The translations under genes were made by a program, and so were the position numbers. 64,000 nucleotides of DNA from Alphaproteobacteria bacterium (lineage in GTDB: Bacteria > Pseudomonadota > Alphaproteobacteria > UBA828), in NCBI GenBank assembly GCA_965214705.1, contig CBDCCI010000001.1, positions 32,001 through 96,000 on the forward strand. The letters are read 5' to 3'. The notes under the pieces were generated by a model. That model saw only the letters and a program-made list of their open reading frames with translations, did no database searches and was not told the origin of the DNA. Positions 1-9,366 of the stretch are shown here, piece by piece (position 1 is the first letter of the stretch; each line of letters opens with the position of its first letter).

Positions 1-671
1 CGGCCGGCGGCCTCGAACCACCGCTCCCAGGACGGTCCACCCTTCTCGCAATCCGGGAGAGCAAGAAAGGTCAGGCCGCCCCAGTCCGCGACGGGTCCGT
101 TCAGGATATCGGCATGAGCCGCAGCATAGCCGGGAGAGCAAAAGACGCCGATGGCCTCCGTGGCAACGACGACGCGGTGCCTTGGCGCGCCGCCCTGCGC
201 CTCCCAGGTCAGGATCATGTCGGCGGAGGGGCCGGACGGCGGTGGAGCGAGGGCATCGGCGCCGGGCAGAATGCGAACCCGGACATCCTCGCCGAGCGCC
301 GCCCGAAGCGCATCGAAGCGCTGCATCATGAACAGCTGCGATGCCTCATCCGGGCAGGCAACCGTCACCTCCGGCGGGCCGGTCCCCGAGAGGGCCGCAA
401 CTTCCGCCGCCCCGTCACGGAGCGCCCCGAGCCCGATCAGGACGGCCTCGTGATAGCGCTGCCCCGCATCCGTCAGGCTCACTCCAATGCGGGAGCGGTC
501 GAACAGCCGTTCGGACAGATGCTTCTCGAGACTCGCGATGTAGCGGCTGATCGCGGACTGCGAAGTGTGCAACTCCCGCGCCGCCTGCGAGAAGTTGCCA
601 TGCCGCGCGGCACTCTCGAAGGCGGTCAGGACGCTGGTAGGCGGAACCCGGTAGGGGCCGTGATCGATCAT
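1..671 (-). CDS. LysR-family transcriptional regulator (GcvA-like), 3' end runs off the window
   Basis: Not in the ORF track. Manual translation from ATG 671 gives MIDHGPYRVPPTSVLTAFESAARHGNFSQAARELHTSQSAISRYIASLEKHLSERLFDRSRIGVSLTDAG, a LysR HTH. An in-frame upstream ATG lies at 698. Confidence 0.9.
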   Translation of the reverse strand, partial: MIDHGPYRVPPTSVLTAFESAARHGNFSQAARELHTSQSAISRYIASLEKHLSERLFDRSRIGVSLTDAGQRYHEAVLIGLGALRDGAAEVAALSGTGPPEVTVACPDEASQLFMMQRFDALRAALGEDVRVRILPGADALAPPPSGPSADMILTWEAQGGAPRHRVVVATEAIGVFCSPGYAAAHADILNGPVADWGGLTFLALPDCEKGGPSWERWFEAAG

Positions 672-944
672 GGTCCCGGCGGCGCGGTTACGTCCCATGA
701 GCTCTTCCGGGCGCCGTCTCGGACGGCGCCGCTCTGCGGCTGCGGCAGGCTCGGTTCCGCTCGAACGGAAGTGTAGCAGCCCGCGTACCCGTGTCCCTGC
801 GGGCTGAGGGTGGATTTGAAGGCCGCGACGGGCGCAACGGGGCTCGCCGGGCCTGCCTCCCGGTTGCGCGCTTCATCGGCGTCAGCACGTCGCATCCGTT
901 CTCCCGGCTGCGGTCGCGGCGCAGGCCGTGTCGATGCTCACCGC

Positions 945-2162
945 TCAGGGCCCCGCCCGATGCCGGGCAGCCTCAACCGCCTCGCGGCATCTGTAAAGAT
1001 CCTCCCCGATGCTGGCCGCGACCTTGGCCGCCGACCCCTTGACGGAATCCCGTGCCAGGTGCGCATACCGCGCGGTGGTCTCGACCTGCGTGTGGCCAAG
1101 CAGCCTGCCGATCATCGGCAGGCTCTCGCCCAGCGCGAGCGCCCTGCTGGCCCAGGAATGACGCAGGTCATGAAGCCGCACGTCCTCCAGCCCAGCGCGG
1201 CGGCGGATGACATCCCAGGACTGGTTGAGGTTGCGCAGGTGCGTGCGGCGCTTCTTGCCCACGATCACCCAGGGATTGTCCGCAACGCGCGGCAGATCGG
1301 ACAGAAGCCTTGCCGCAGCCGGCGACAGCGGCACCGCCCGCGGACCCGTCTTCGAGTCGGCGAGGTGCAAGACCTTCGCCTCAAGGTCCACATCGCTCCA
1401 GCGCAGACCCAGTATCTCGCTGCGCCGGCACCCCGTCAGCATCAGCAGGCGCAGCGCGGCCACCGCGTACTTCGACGCGCCCCCCTCGTCGGCTGCGTCT
1501 GCGAGCACGCGGCCAAGGCGCCGGAACTCCTCCTCGGTCAGAAACCGCTCGTGCTTGCGGGTCCTGTACTTCGGAAACGAGCGGCACGGATTGGTCCCCT
1601 CCGGCACCAGCTCCCACGCCTCCGCACGATTGAACATGCGGGAGAGAACCGCAACCACGTGGTTCGCCGTGGCCGGTCGGTCGCGCAGCCGGAAGTGAAG
1701 ATCGGCCACCTGCTTGCGCTCGACGGCCTCTATGGGAACGTCGCCCAGCGCGGGAAGGATGTGGTTCTTCAGCATCAGGCGGCACAGCTCCACAGTCCTC
1801 GGCTTGCACCGGACAGCCACGTGCTCCGTCAGGTAGCGCTCCGCCAGCGCTGCAACCGTCGGACCCTCCGGCCTGGGCGCTTCGGGATTCCTGGGGCTCA
1901 CCTCCTCTCCCGCCTTGATGCGCGTGATCATCTGCGCCGCCCGCTGGCGTGCCTGCTCGGCCGTCAGCACCCCGTGCCGGCCCACCGTGACCCGCCTCGA
2001 CTTCCCCTTCGCGCGGGCCTGAACGATGTACACCTTCTTGCCCGACGCATAGGCCCGCACCCCGAAGCCCGAAAGCTCCCGGTCCCAGAAGATCGTGTCC
2101 TTATCGACCTCCAGTCCCTCCACCATGCGCTTCGAGATCGATCTGTGGTGCAGCTTAGCCAT
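945..2162 (-). CDS. Tyrosine recombinase/integrase with arm-DNA-binding N-terminus
   Basis: WDRELSGFGVR N-terminal motif; LTGCRRSEI, HDLRHSWAS, LGHTQVETTARY catalytic motifs. Confidence 0.92.
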   Translation of the reverse strand: MAKLHHRSISKRMVEGLEVDKDTIFWDRELSGFGVRAYASGKKVYIVQARAKGKSRRVTVGRHGVLTAEQARQRAAQMITRIKAGEEVSPRNPEAPRPEGPTVAALAERYLTEHVAVRCKPRTVELCRLMLKNHILPALGDVPIEAVERKQVADLHFRLRDRPATANHVVAVLSRMFNRAEAWELVPEGTNPCRSFPKYRTRKHERFLTEEEFRRLGRVLADAADEGGASKYAVAALRLLMLTGCRRSEILGLRWSDVDLEAKVLHLADSKTGPRAVPLSPAAARLLSDLPRVADNPWVIVGKKRRTHLRNLNQSWDVIRRRAGLEDVRLHDLRHSWASRALALGESLPMIGRLLGHTQVETTARYAHLARDSVKGSAAKVAASIGEDLYRCREAVEAARHRAGP

Positions 2163-2201
2163 GACGCGCGATCTCCTCGGTTGTACCCGGTCCTCCGCGC
2201 A

Positions 2202-3392
2202 TCATGCCGCCTCCGCGTCCGGAACCATGATGTCGGCCTCGATGCTGTCCGCCACCCTGGCCGCAGACACCTTCTCCGTGTCCTGCGCGAGATGAGCGTA
2301 GCGCGCCGTCGTCTGCACCTGCGTGTGGCCGAGCTGCCTGCCGATCATCGGCAGGCTCTCGCCCAGCGCCAGCGCCCTGCTGGCCCAGCTATGTCGAAGG
2401 TCGTGGAGGCGCACGTCCTTCAGGTCGGCCCGTACCCGCAGCCGATACCAGAGCTCGTTGACGTTCCTCAGGTGATTCCCCGACCTTTTCCCCGCGATCA
2501 CCCACGGACTGCCGGGCATCCGCGGGATCGCGTCCAGCACCGCCGCCGCCGTGGGCGTCAGCGGCACCATCCGCCCTCCCGTTTTCGCGTCCCTGAGGCG
2601 CAACTCGCCGGCGGTCCGGTCGACGTCGTCCCATCGTAGCGACAGGATCTCGTTGCGCCGGCAGCCGGTCAGGATCAACAAGCGGATCGCGGCAATGGCG
2701 GGGGGCCAGGCCGTGCCCTCTGCCTCCATCTCGTCCAGGACCCGGCCCAGGCGCTGGTACTCCTCGGCGCTCAGGAACCGCTGCGGCTTGCGCTCCTTGT
2801 ACTTGCGCACAGACCGGCACGGGTTCCGCCCCTGCGGGTGAAGGCCCCACACCTCGGCCAGGGAATACATCTTCTTCAGAATGTCGACCGACCTGTTCGC
2901 CGAGCTCGGCCGGTCACGCAGCGCGTAGTGCAGGTTCGCCACGTGCGTGCGCTCGACCGAGCCGATCGGCATGGAGCCCAGGACGGGCAGGATGCAGTTC
3001 CTGAGAAGCCCGTCATAGCGCACCGCCGTCGCAGGCTTGCAGTTCACCGCCACATGCGCGCGCATGAAGCGGTCGGCAAGGTCGGCTACGGTCGGCCCCT
3101 TCTCCTTCTCGGGCTCAGCCGGCAGCGGCTCCTGCCCGGTCTTGATCCTGTCGATGATCCCGGCGGCGCGCTTGCGCGCCTGCTCTGCGGTGATCTTCCC
3201 GTGCCGGCCCAGCGTGACCCGCCTGGAGCCTCCCGGCCCCCGGCTCTGCACCACGTAGACCTTGCGGCCGGAGGGGTAGACGCGCACCCCGAAGCCGGAC
3301 AGGTCGCGGTCCCAGAAGATGGCGTCCCGATCCTCGACGAAAAGGGCATCGACGGTCCGTTTGGAGATTGTGCGCTCCCGACACTGTGACAT
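2202..3392 (-). CDS. Tyrosine recombinase/integrase, tandem paralog of 945-2162
   Basis: WDRDLSGFGVR, LTGCRRNEI, HDLRHSWAS, LGHTQVQTTARY. Confidence 0.92.
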   Translation of the reverse strand: MSQCRERTISKRTVDALFVEDRDAIFWDRDLSGFGVRVYPSGRKVYVVQSRGPGGSRRVTLGRHGKITAEQARKRAAGIIDRIKTGQEPLPAEPEKEKGPTVADLADRFMRAHVAVNCKPATAVRYDGLLRNCILPVLGSMPIGSVERTHVANLHYALRDRPSSANRSVDILKKMYSLAEVWGLHPQGRNPCRSVRKYKERKPQRFLSAEEYQRLGRVLDEMEAEGTAWPPAIAAIRLLILTGCRRNEILSLRWDDVDRTAGELRLRDAKTGGRMVPLTPTAAAVLDAIPRMPGSPWVIAGKRSGNHLRNVNELWYRLRVRADLKDVRLHDLRHSWASRALALGESLPMIGRQLGHTQVQTTARYAHLAQDTEKVSAARVADSIEADIMVPDAEAA

Positions 3393-4248
3393 AAAATCCC
3401 CACCCCGTTGACCACCGCGAGAGGGCGTTCGATCATGAAATGGCGATGGTCAGGCAGGCTGTGGCGCCCCATATGAGCTGTGCCGCTCGGGCCTGCGCCC
3501 GGGACCTCGATCCCGCCATCGCCGCGTGGCCGAACGCCTCGATCACGCCTGGAGAGGGTACACGATCCCGTAAGCGCCACGCAAGCAAGCGATGTCAAAC
3601 TCCCGCGTAGGCCTGCGTACAATAGTCGCAAAATCGATACGGAAGCTACGGGGAGGGGCGGACGATCAGTGTATAGAATCAGCTATTTGTCGTAGCCAAG
3701 CGTAGGAATGTCGCATGAACGAAGCGCTTCCCCATGCGGCGCGCTTCCTTTCATGCTTCTATCCTCCTCCTCGCGAGATTGTTCTGTCCCATGCATGGTC
3801 CGCGGCGGTGCGCCTCTCACCGAACGCAACCTGCCGCAAGCTGGATGGTACACGATGCGCGCTCCCACGCGACTGGAATCATGACAGAAATCTGTCAAAC
3901 GATCGTTTTTCCCTCACCCCGTGGCAAAAATATCACATCGAGTCGCTCCCGCAGCCCGTCTATCGGCTGATTCACCCCGGCTACCCGACTAAAGCCTTGA
4001 CCGCTTGCCACGAGTTGCCCCTCGCGCCGTGAGATGCACCCAGCAGGCCGTACTCACGCCTTCGGATGGTGCAAGTCGGATCGTGGCGGGTAGGCAATCG
4101 CCAATCCTGTACGCTCATACGCGCTCCGATTTGACTCCAATTGCTTTCTTAGTGCTTACGGAAATTCTTATTCAGCTTCAAGAGGGAAATAATTATCAAA
4201 TATTATCAGTTACTTAACGAAGAATCTTTCAGATAACAATTCCGAAGC

Positions 4249-5270
4249 ATGAGAAGGTATTGTTAGGAACTACGGCACTCGCGGCTGTTGGCCTGCTGGC
4301 CAGCAATGTCGCGTCTGCCGATGAGATGATGGCCGAGCCGATCAGCGTCGGCGTGGGCGGCTATTACACCATTGCCGCCATCGCCTATGACGAAGACGAT
4401 GCCATGAATGATCGCGGTCATGGCATCAACCAGAACATGGAGATGCAGATCGCCGGCTCGTCCACCCTTGACAACGGCATCACTGTCGGCGTCAGGGTCC
4501 GCTTCTCCGCCAACGACTACGAGCACAGCGACGAGCAGGAAGTCACCTTTAGCGGCGGCTTCGGCTCCCTGCACGTCGGCGCAATCGAGGGCGCCGCGCA
4601 GCAGACGGTCATCTGGGCGCCAGGCAACAGCGTGCCGATCGGCGGCATCAAGTCGCCCTGGTTCGGCGGGATCGGCGGCATGTGGAATACGGGCGCAGGT
4701 CCACTTGGCCTCATGGACGAGGATGCGCTCAAGGTCGTCTACTTCTCGCCGAGCTTCAACGGCATCTCTTTTGCCGCGAGCTACGCGCCTGAGGATAACA
4801 CTAATTCTTACGGAACTGATTTTGACGGTGGACGGAGTACTGACGACGACGCGAATGAGGAGCAGGTAGCGGTTGCCCTCAGCTACACGGTCGACGTCAT
4901 GGGCGGCAGCTTCAGCGCCAACGTCGGTTACGAGTCCTATACTAGTAACTTGGGCGCCACCGATCCCGAGGGCTTGCGCTACGGAGCCTTGATCAGTATC
5001 GACCAGATCGCACTCGGCGGCGCCGTGTACGATAAAGATGTAGGCGGCGTCACGACTTCGTATTCCGATATCGGCGTGTCCTGGACCGACGGTCCCATGA
5101 TGCTGGGTGTTCAGTACGGCGACAACGAGTCCAACAACAGCAACATCGTGGCCTTCAATGCCAACTACAATCTCGGACCGGGAATCGATCTCGGGCTGCA
5201 GATCGGCGCGGGCGAGAGTGGCGCGAACGACTTCACTCAGCTCCTTCTGGGGACGATGCTCAACTTCTAA
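4249..5270 (+). CDS. Gram-negative trimeric porin; apparent 1-nt frameshift just after the start codon
   Basis: LLGTTALAA signal peptide, TLDNGITVG and GGFGSLHVG beta-strands, C-terminal F. ATG 4249 is one base out of frame with the ORF at 4260. Confidence 0.85.
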
Positions 5271-5296
5271 TCTCGAGCATTGTCGTCAAGAGTGTG

Positions 5297-5326
5297 GGGA
5301 GCGGCTTCGGCCGCTCCCTTTTCTTT
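5297..5326 (+). terminator. Rho-independent terminator of the porin gene
   Basis: GGGAGCGGC-TTCG-GCCGCTCCC followed by TTTTCTTT. Confidence 0.9.
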
Positions 5327-5481
5327 GGGCGGATTCCAGCCGACCGCACGCGCGGCTGAGGCGATAGGACGGGAAAGCGGAGACGACTTGGATGCGTTCA
5401 ATTCACACTGTATCTGTGCCGCTCCGGTCGCCTAGTAGGGCCTTGCCGGCGTAATAGGCGTCGGTCACCCTGCGCTGACCC

Positions 5482-6348
5482 ATGAGCGGTATCCTGTGGC
5501 TGGCCTCCTACCCCAAGTCGGGCAATACTTGGCTGCGTGCCTTCTTGCACAACCTGCTGCGGAATTCGCGCACGTCCTTCGACATCAACCGAATGTCCGA
5601 GTTGACGGCGGGCGACAGCCAAGCCCACTGGTACGGGCGTCTCGATCCCCGACCGCCGGCGGCGCTGGATGCGGAGGACCTCGCACGCCTCAGGCCCAGG
5701 GTGCACTCACTCATCGCGGAGAGAGCGCGCGATACCGTCATGGTCAAGACCCACAACGCCCTCGTCGAGGCCGATGGCGTGCCCATGATTACCCAGTCGC
5801 TCACGGCAGGGGCGATCTACGTCGTACGCAACCCGCTCGACGTGGTCGTCTCCTACGCCCACCACCTGGGCCAGCCGACGGACGACGTCATCACGCTCAT
5901 GGAGACAAGGGGATTCCATTCTCCCGCGACCGCGGACCAAGTGCCTGAGCACCACAGCGACTGGTCCACCCATGTCGAGAGTTGGACCGCCAGCTCGCAT
6001 CCGCAGCTCCACGTCGTGCGCTACGAAGACATGAGCCGCCGGCCCGGCCCGACTTTTCGCGCCATTTCGGCCTTCCTCGGCCTCAAGCCGCCGCGCGAGC
6101 GCCTGGAGCGGGCGATGCGGCACTCGTCCTTCCGCTCACTGCGCGCGCAGGAAGACCGCACCGGCTTTATCGAGCGCACCCCGTCGCAGGACCGCTTCTT
6201 CCGGACCGGCAAGATGGGCGGCTGGCGGGAGGTGCTGGACGACGCGCAGGTCCGCCGCGTGGTAGAGCGTCACCGCACCCAAATGGAACGCTTCGGCTAC
6301 TTGCCCTCCGGCTACGAGGGTACGCGCGAGCGCGATGCCGGCGGATGA
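5482..6348 (+). CDS. PAPS-dependent sulfotransferase
   Basis: 5'-PSB motif ASYPKSGNTW, 3'-PB motif RNPLDVVVS, RYEDM, FFRTGKMGGW. Confidence 0.9.
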   Translation: MSGILWLASYPKSGNTWLRAFLHNLLRNSRTSFDINRMSELTAGDSQAHWYGRLDPRPPAALDAEDLARLRPRVHSLIAERARDTVMVKTHNALVEADGVPMITQSLTAGAIYVVRNPLDVVVSYAHHLGQPTDDVITLMETRGFHSPATADQVPEHHSDWSTHVESWTASSHPQLHVVRYEDMSRRPGPTFRAISAFLGLKPPRERLERAMRHSSFRSLRAQEDRTGFIERTPSQDRFFRTGKMGGWREVLDDAQVRRVVERHRTQMERFGYLPSGYEGTRERDAGG

Positions 6349-6506
6349 GAAAAGAGGCGGGCTGAGCGCCGCTCACGGTAGACGCGCATCTCGACGCGTT
6401 CAAAACGCGCGGGTGTCGAGGCTGCCGCAGACGTTTGCGCCACGTTTCGTCTCGCAATAGCCTAGGCTAGACGGGCGAATGAGGCGTCGTCAGGGAGAAC
6501 CAGAAA

Positions 6507-7352
6507 ATGACGGGAAACAGCTTCGGATCGCGCTGGATTGTTGGAGCAGTAACGGCCGCGGGCCTCGCACTCGGCGGGGCGTCAGTTGCGAAGGCGCAGG
6601 AAGGGGAGTGGTATGTCGGGGCGAACATGCCCCTCATGTTCATCGACGACACGGATTCGGTCTCCACCGGTTCCTTCCAGCAGACGCAGATGGGGCCGCA
6701 GGGCCTGGTTCAGCACGAAGTCAGCTACAGCGCGACGGTCAGGACGGAGCATGACACGGGGTTCAAGCTCGGCGCCGTCCTCGGCCATCACCTGGATTCC
6801 AATCTCCGCGTCGAGGGCGAGATCTTCTTCGCCAGAGCCAAGGTCAGCAAGCTGACCCACAGCAGTATTACCGTGCCGGCACGCTCCTTCACCCTGCAGG
6901 ACGAACTGGCTATCCCCGTGTCGGGCTCTGCCGACCAGTTCGGTGCGCTAGTGAACGTCTGGTACGACTTCGACACCGGGGACAACTGGACCCCTTACGT
7001 CGGCGGCGGGCTCGGCTTGATTCGGGTCGACCGGGGCGGTCTGAGCTACGAAACCGGCGCGGTGGCGCAGGCAGTTGCGACCGCGCTGGCCCAGCAGGCA
7101 GGAGCACCACCGGGATTTGAACCACCCATCCCCGAAGTGCCCGAACTCTCTGGCAGCGATACCGCGTTCGCGTATCAGATCGGAGCGGGAGTGGGCTACG
7201 CGCTATCGGATACGGCCACGCTCCAGATCGGCTATCGGCTGCAAATGGTTGACGGCTTGTCGTTCAGCGGCGCAAACGACGTGGCGACGGTGGGCTCCGA
7301 CACCAACCTCCGTATTCACTTCCTCGAGATCGGCATCCGGCAACTGTTCTAG
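6507..7352 (+). CDS. Outer-membrane beta-barrel protein (OmpA-like/surface antigen)
   Basis: Signal peptide, NVWYDF...PYVGGGLG, FAYQIGAGVGY, C-terminal IGIRQLF. Confidence 0.85.
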   Translation: MTGNSFGSRWIVGAVTAAGLALGGASVAKAQEGEWYVGANMPLMFIDDTDSVSTGSFQQTQMGPQGLVQHEVSYSATVRTEHDTGFKLGAVLGHHLDSNLRVEGEIFFARAKVSKLTHSSITVPARSFTLQDELAIPVSGSADQFGALVNVWYDFDTGDNWTPYVGGGLGLIRVDRGGLSYETGAVAQAVATALAQQAGAPPGFEPPIPEVPELSGSDTAFAYQIGAGVGYALSDTATLQIGYRLQMVDGLSFSGANDVATVGSDTNLRIHFLEIGIRQLF

Positions 7353-7382
7353 GGGAACGTAAACGCGCCGCTGAGGGCGCAT

Positions 7383-8312
7383 TCAGGCGCTGGCGGAGCG
7401 GCGAAGGCCCGTCTCAGCGATAACCGCGGCAATCGCCTGCTCGCCGCGCGGCGCCATCAGGTGCGCGCCGGCGACGCCCTTAATTCCCCGCAACTCCTCG
7501 ATCAACTCGACACAGATGCGCATGCCCTCGGCCTGTGAGTCCTTGGCGCCGTCGAGCCGGGCGATGACCGCATCCGGGATGTGCACGCCGAACAGATTCT
7601 CGTTCATCCAGCGGGCCGAACGCGCCGACCGTATGGGCCCGATGCCGACGATGATGGACGTGCGCTCCGGGATTCCGAAATCCCCGAGCCAGGCGAGGTA
7701 GCGCCTTAGCATCGCCATGTCGAAGCAGAACTGGGTCTGGAAGAAGTCCGCTCCCGCGTCGATCTTGGCCTGAAGGCTGGTGGGCGTATCGCCCGCCTTG
7801 GGCTCGCGGGGCGCATCGGCGCCGCCGATCAGCAACCGAGGCACGGAGGCGAGGCTACGCCCGCCCGGCAGCACGGCCTCGTCCCGCATGGTGCGGACCA
7901 GCGCCATGAACTCGTTGGACTTGAGGTCGAAGACCGGCTTCGTCTCGGGCTGATCGCCGGCGTCAACCGAATCGCCGGTGAGGCAGAGCAGGCTGTGCAC
8001 GCCGAGCGCGGCCGCCCCCAGCACGTCGGCCTGCAGCGCGAGGCGATTGCGGTCCCGCATGGTGAACTGGAGCACCGGCTCGATGCCTTCGCGGACCAGA
8101 ATCGCAGCGGTCGCGAGCGGCGAGAGATGCGCGCGTGCGCCAGCTCCGTCGAGCACGTTGACGGCATCGGCGAGCCCCTTGAGGCAGCCGGCGTGGGCCA
8201 GAACGTCGGCCGAATCCACCGAGTCGGGCGGGCCCATCTCAGCCGTGATGGCGAACTCGCCCGCGCGCAACACCTGTTCCAGCCGGCCCGCGCTCTTCGC
8301 CTCGTCTGCCAT
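7383..8312 (-). CDS. metF: Methylenetetrahydrofolate reductase
   Basis: TAEMGPP, RDRNRLALQ, LCLTGD, KIDAGADFFQTQ; start taken at MADEAK. Confidence 0.85.
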   Translation of the reverse strand: MADEAKSAGRLEQVLRAGEFAITAEMGPPDSVDSADVLAHAGCLKGLADAVNVLDGAGARAHLSPLATAAILVREGIEPVLQFTMRDRNRLALQADVLGAAALGVHSLLCLTGDSVDAGDQPETKPVFDLKSNEFMALVRTMRDEAVLPGGRSLASVPRLLIGGADAPREPKAGDTPTSLQAKIDAGADFFQTQFCFDMAMLRRYLAWLGDFGIPERTSIIVGIGPIRSARSARWMNENLFGVHIPDAVIARLDGAKDSQAEGMRICVELIEELRGIKGVAGAHLMAPRGEQAIAAVIAETGLRRSASA

Positions 8313-8408
8313 GGCCCTCTCCACCGCTCTCGTCGGCCGTCTGGCTGACGGCCGGGGCGCGACCATAGAAGGCGCGGGCCGGACAATCCAGCGCGTATTC
8401 GCGCCGAT

Positions 8409-9005
8409 TCAGAGCAGGCGCTGGCGTGCCTTGAGCGCGGTGCCGAGGGTGCCGTCGTCGAGATAGTCGAGCTCGCCACCCACCGGCAGGCCGTGGGCGA
8501 GGCGGGAGATCGCGACGCCGCTCTCGGCGAGCCGATCGGTCAGATAGTGAGCCGTGGTCTGCCCATCCACCGTGGCGCTGGTGGCGAGGATGATCTCGCT
8601 GACCTCGGGCGCGTCGGCCCGGGCGACGAGGCCGGCGATGGCGAGATCTTCCGGCCCGATGCCGTCGAGGGCCGACAAGAGCCCGCCCAAAACGTGATAG
8701 CGGCCGCGGAACATCAGCGTGCGCTCCAGCGCCCACAGGTCCGCAACCTGCTCGACGACGCAGATGGCTGTGCGATCACGCTCCGGATCGGCGCAGATGG
8801 CGCACGGGTCCCGCGCATCGAGATTGCCACAGGTGGCGCAGGGGCGGACGCTCTCCGCCGCCGTGCGCAGCGCGGCGAGCAGCGGCTCCAGGTGGGATTC
8901 GCGCCGCTCCAGCAAATGCAGCGCAGCGCGGCGAGCCGAGCGCGGCCCGAGACCGGGGAGCTTGCCGAGATGCCCGACCAGCCGCTCGATCGCAGGGCTC
9001 GTCAT
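8409..9005 (-). CDS. recR: Recombination mediator RecR
   Basis: [11 protein letters not shown] HhH, C4 zinc finger, [14 protein letters not shown]. Confidence 0.97.
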   Translation of the reverse strand: MTSPAIERLVGHLGKLPGLGPRSARRAALHLLERRESHLEPLLAALRTAAESVRPCATCGNLDARDPCAICADPERDRTAICVVEQVADLWALERTLMFRGRYHVLGGLLSALDGIGPEDLAIAGLVARADAPEVSEIILATSATVDGQTTAHYLTDRLAESGVAISRLAHGLPVGGELDYLDDGTLGTALKARQRLL

Positions 9006-9042
9006 CGCCCGTCGCCCGCGAGGGAAGGGCTGCGGCGCGCCC

Positions 9043-9366
9043 TCACATGCCGAGATCGAGGCCTGGCGGCAGCTTGAGCCCGCCGGTGACCTCGGCCATG
9101 CGTTCCTGAACGAGCTGCTCGACCTTGGCCTTGCCGTCGTTGAAGGCGGCGACGATCAGGTCTTCCAGAACCTCCACCTCGTCGCCGTTCACCAGTGCCG
9201 GGTCGATGGAGAGGCGGCGCATTTCGCCCTTGCCGGTGAGCGTCACCCGCACCAGGCCGCCGCCCGCCGTACCCTCGACCTCCAGCGCGCCAAGGCTTTC
9301 CTGCAGCTCGGCCATCCTGGTCTGCATTTCCTGCGCCTGCTTCAGCATCTTGCCGATATTCTTCAT
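9043..9366 (-). CDS. ybaB: Nucleoid-associated protein YbaB/EbfC
   Basis: MLKQAQEMQ...GGGLVRV...[11 protein letters not shown]; lies between dnaX and recR. Confidence 0.95.
   Translation of the reverse strand: MKNIGKMLKQAQEMQTRMAELQESLGALEVEGTAGGGLVRVTLTGKGEMRRLSIDPALVNGDEVEVLEDLIVAAFNDGKAKVEQLVQERMAEVTGGLKLPPGLDLGM

Noticed and set aside
114-776. 220-aa plus-strand ORF
   Set aside because: Antisense shadow of the minus-strand LysR gene
810-2639. 609-aa plus-strand ORF
   Set aside because: Antisense to the two integrases; no motifs; expected in high-GC DNA
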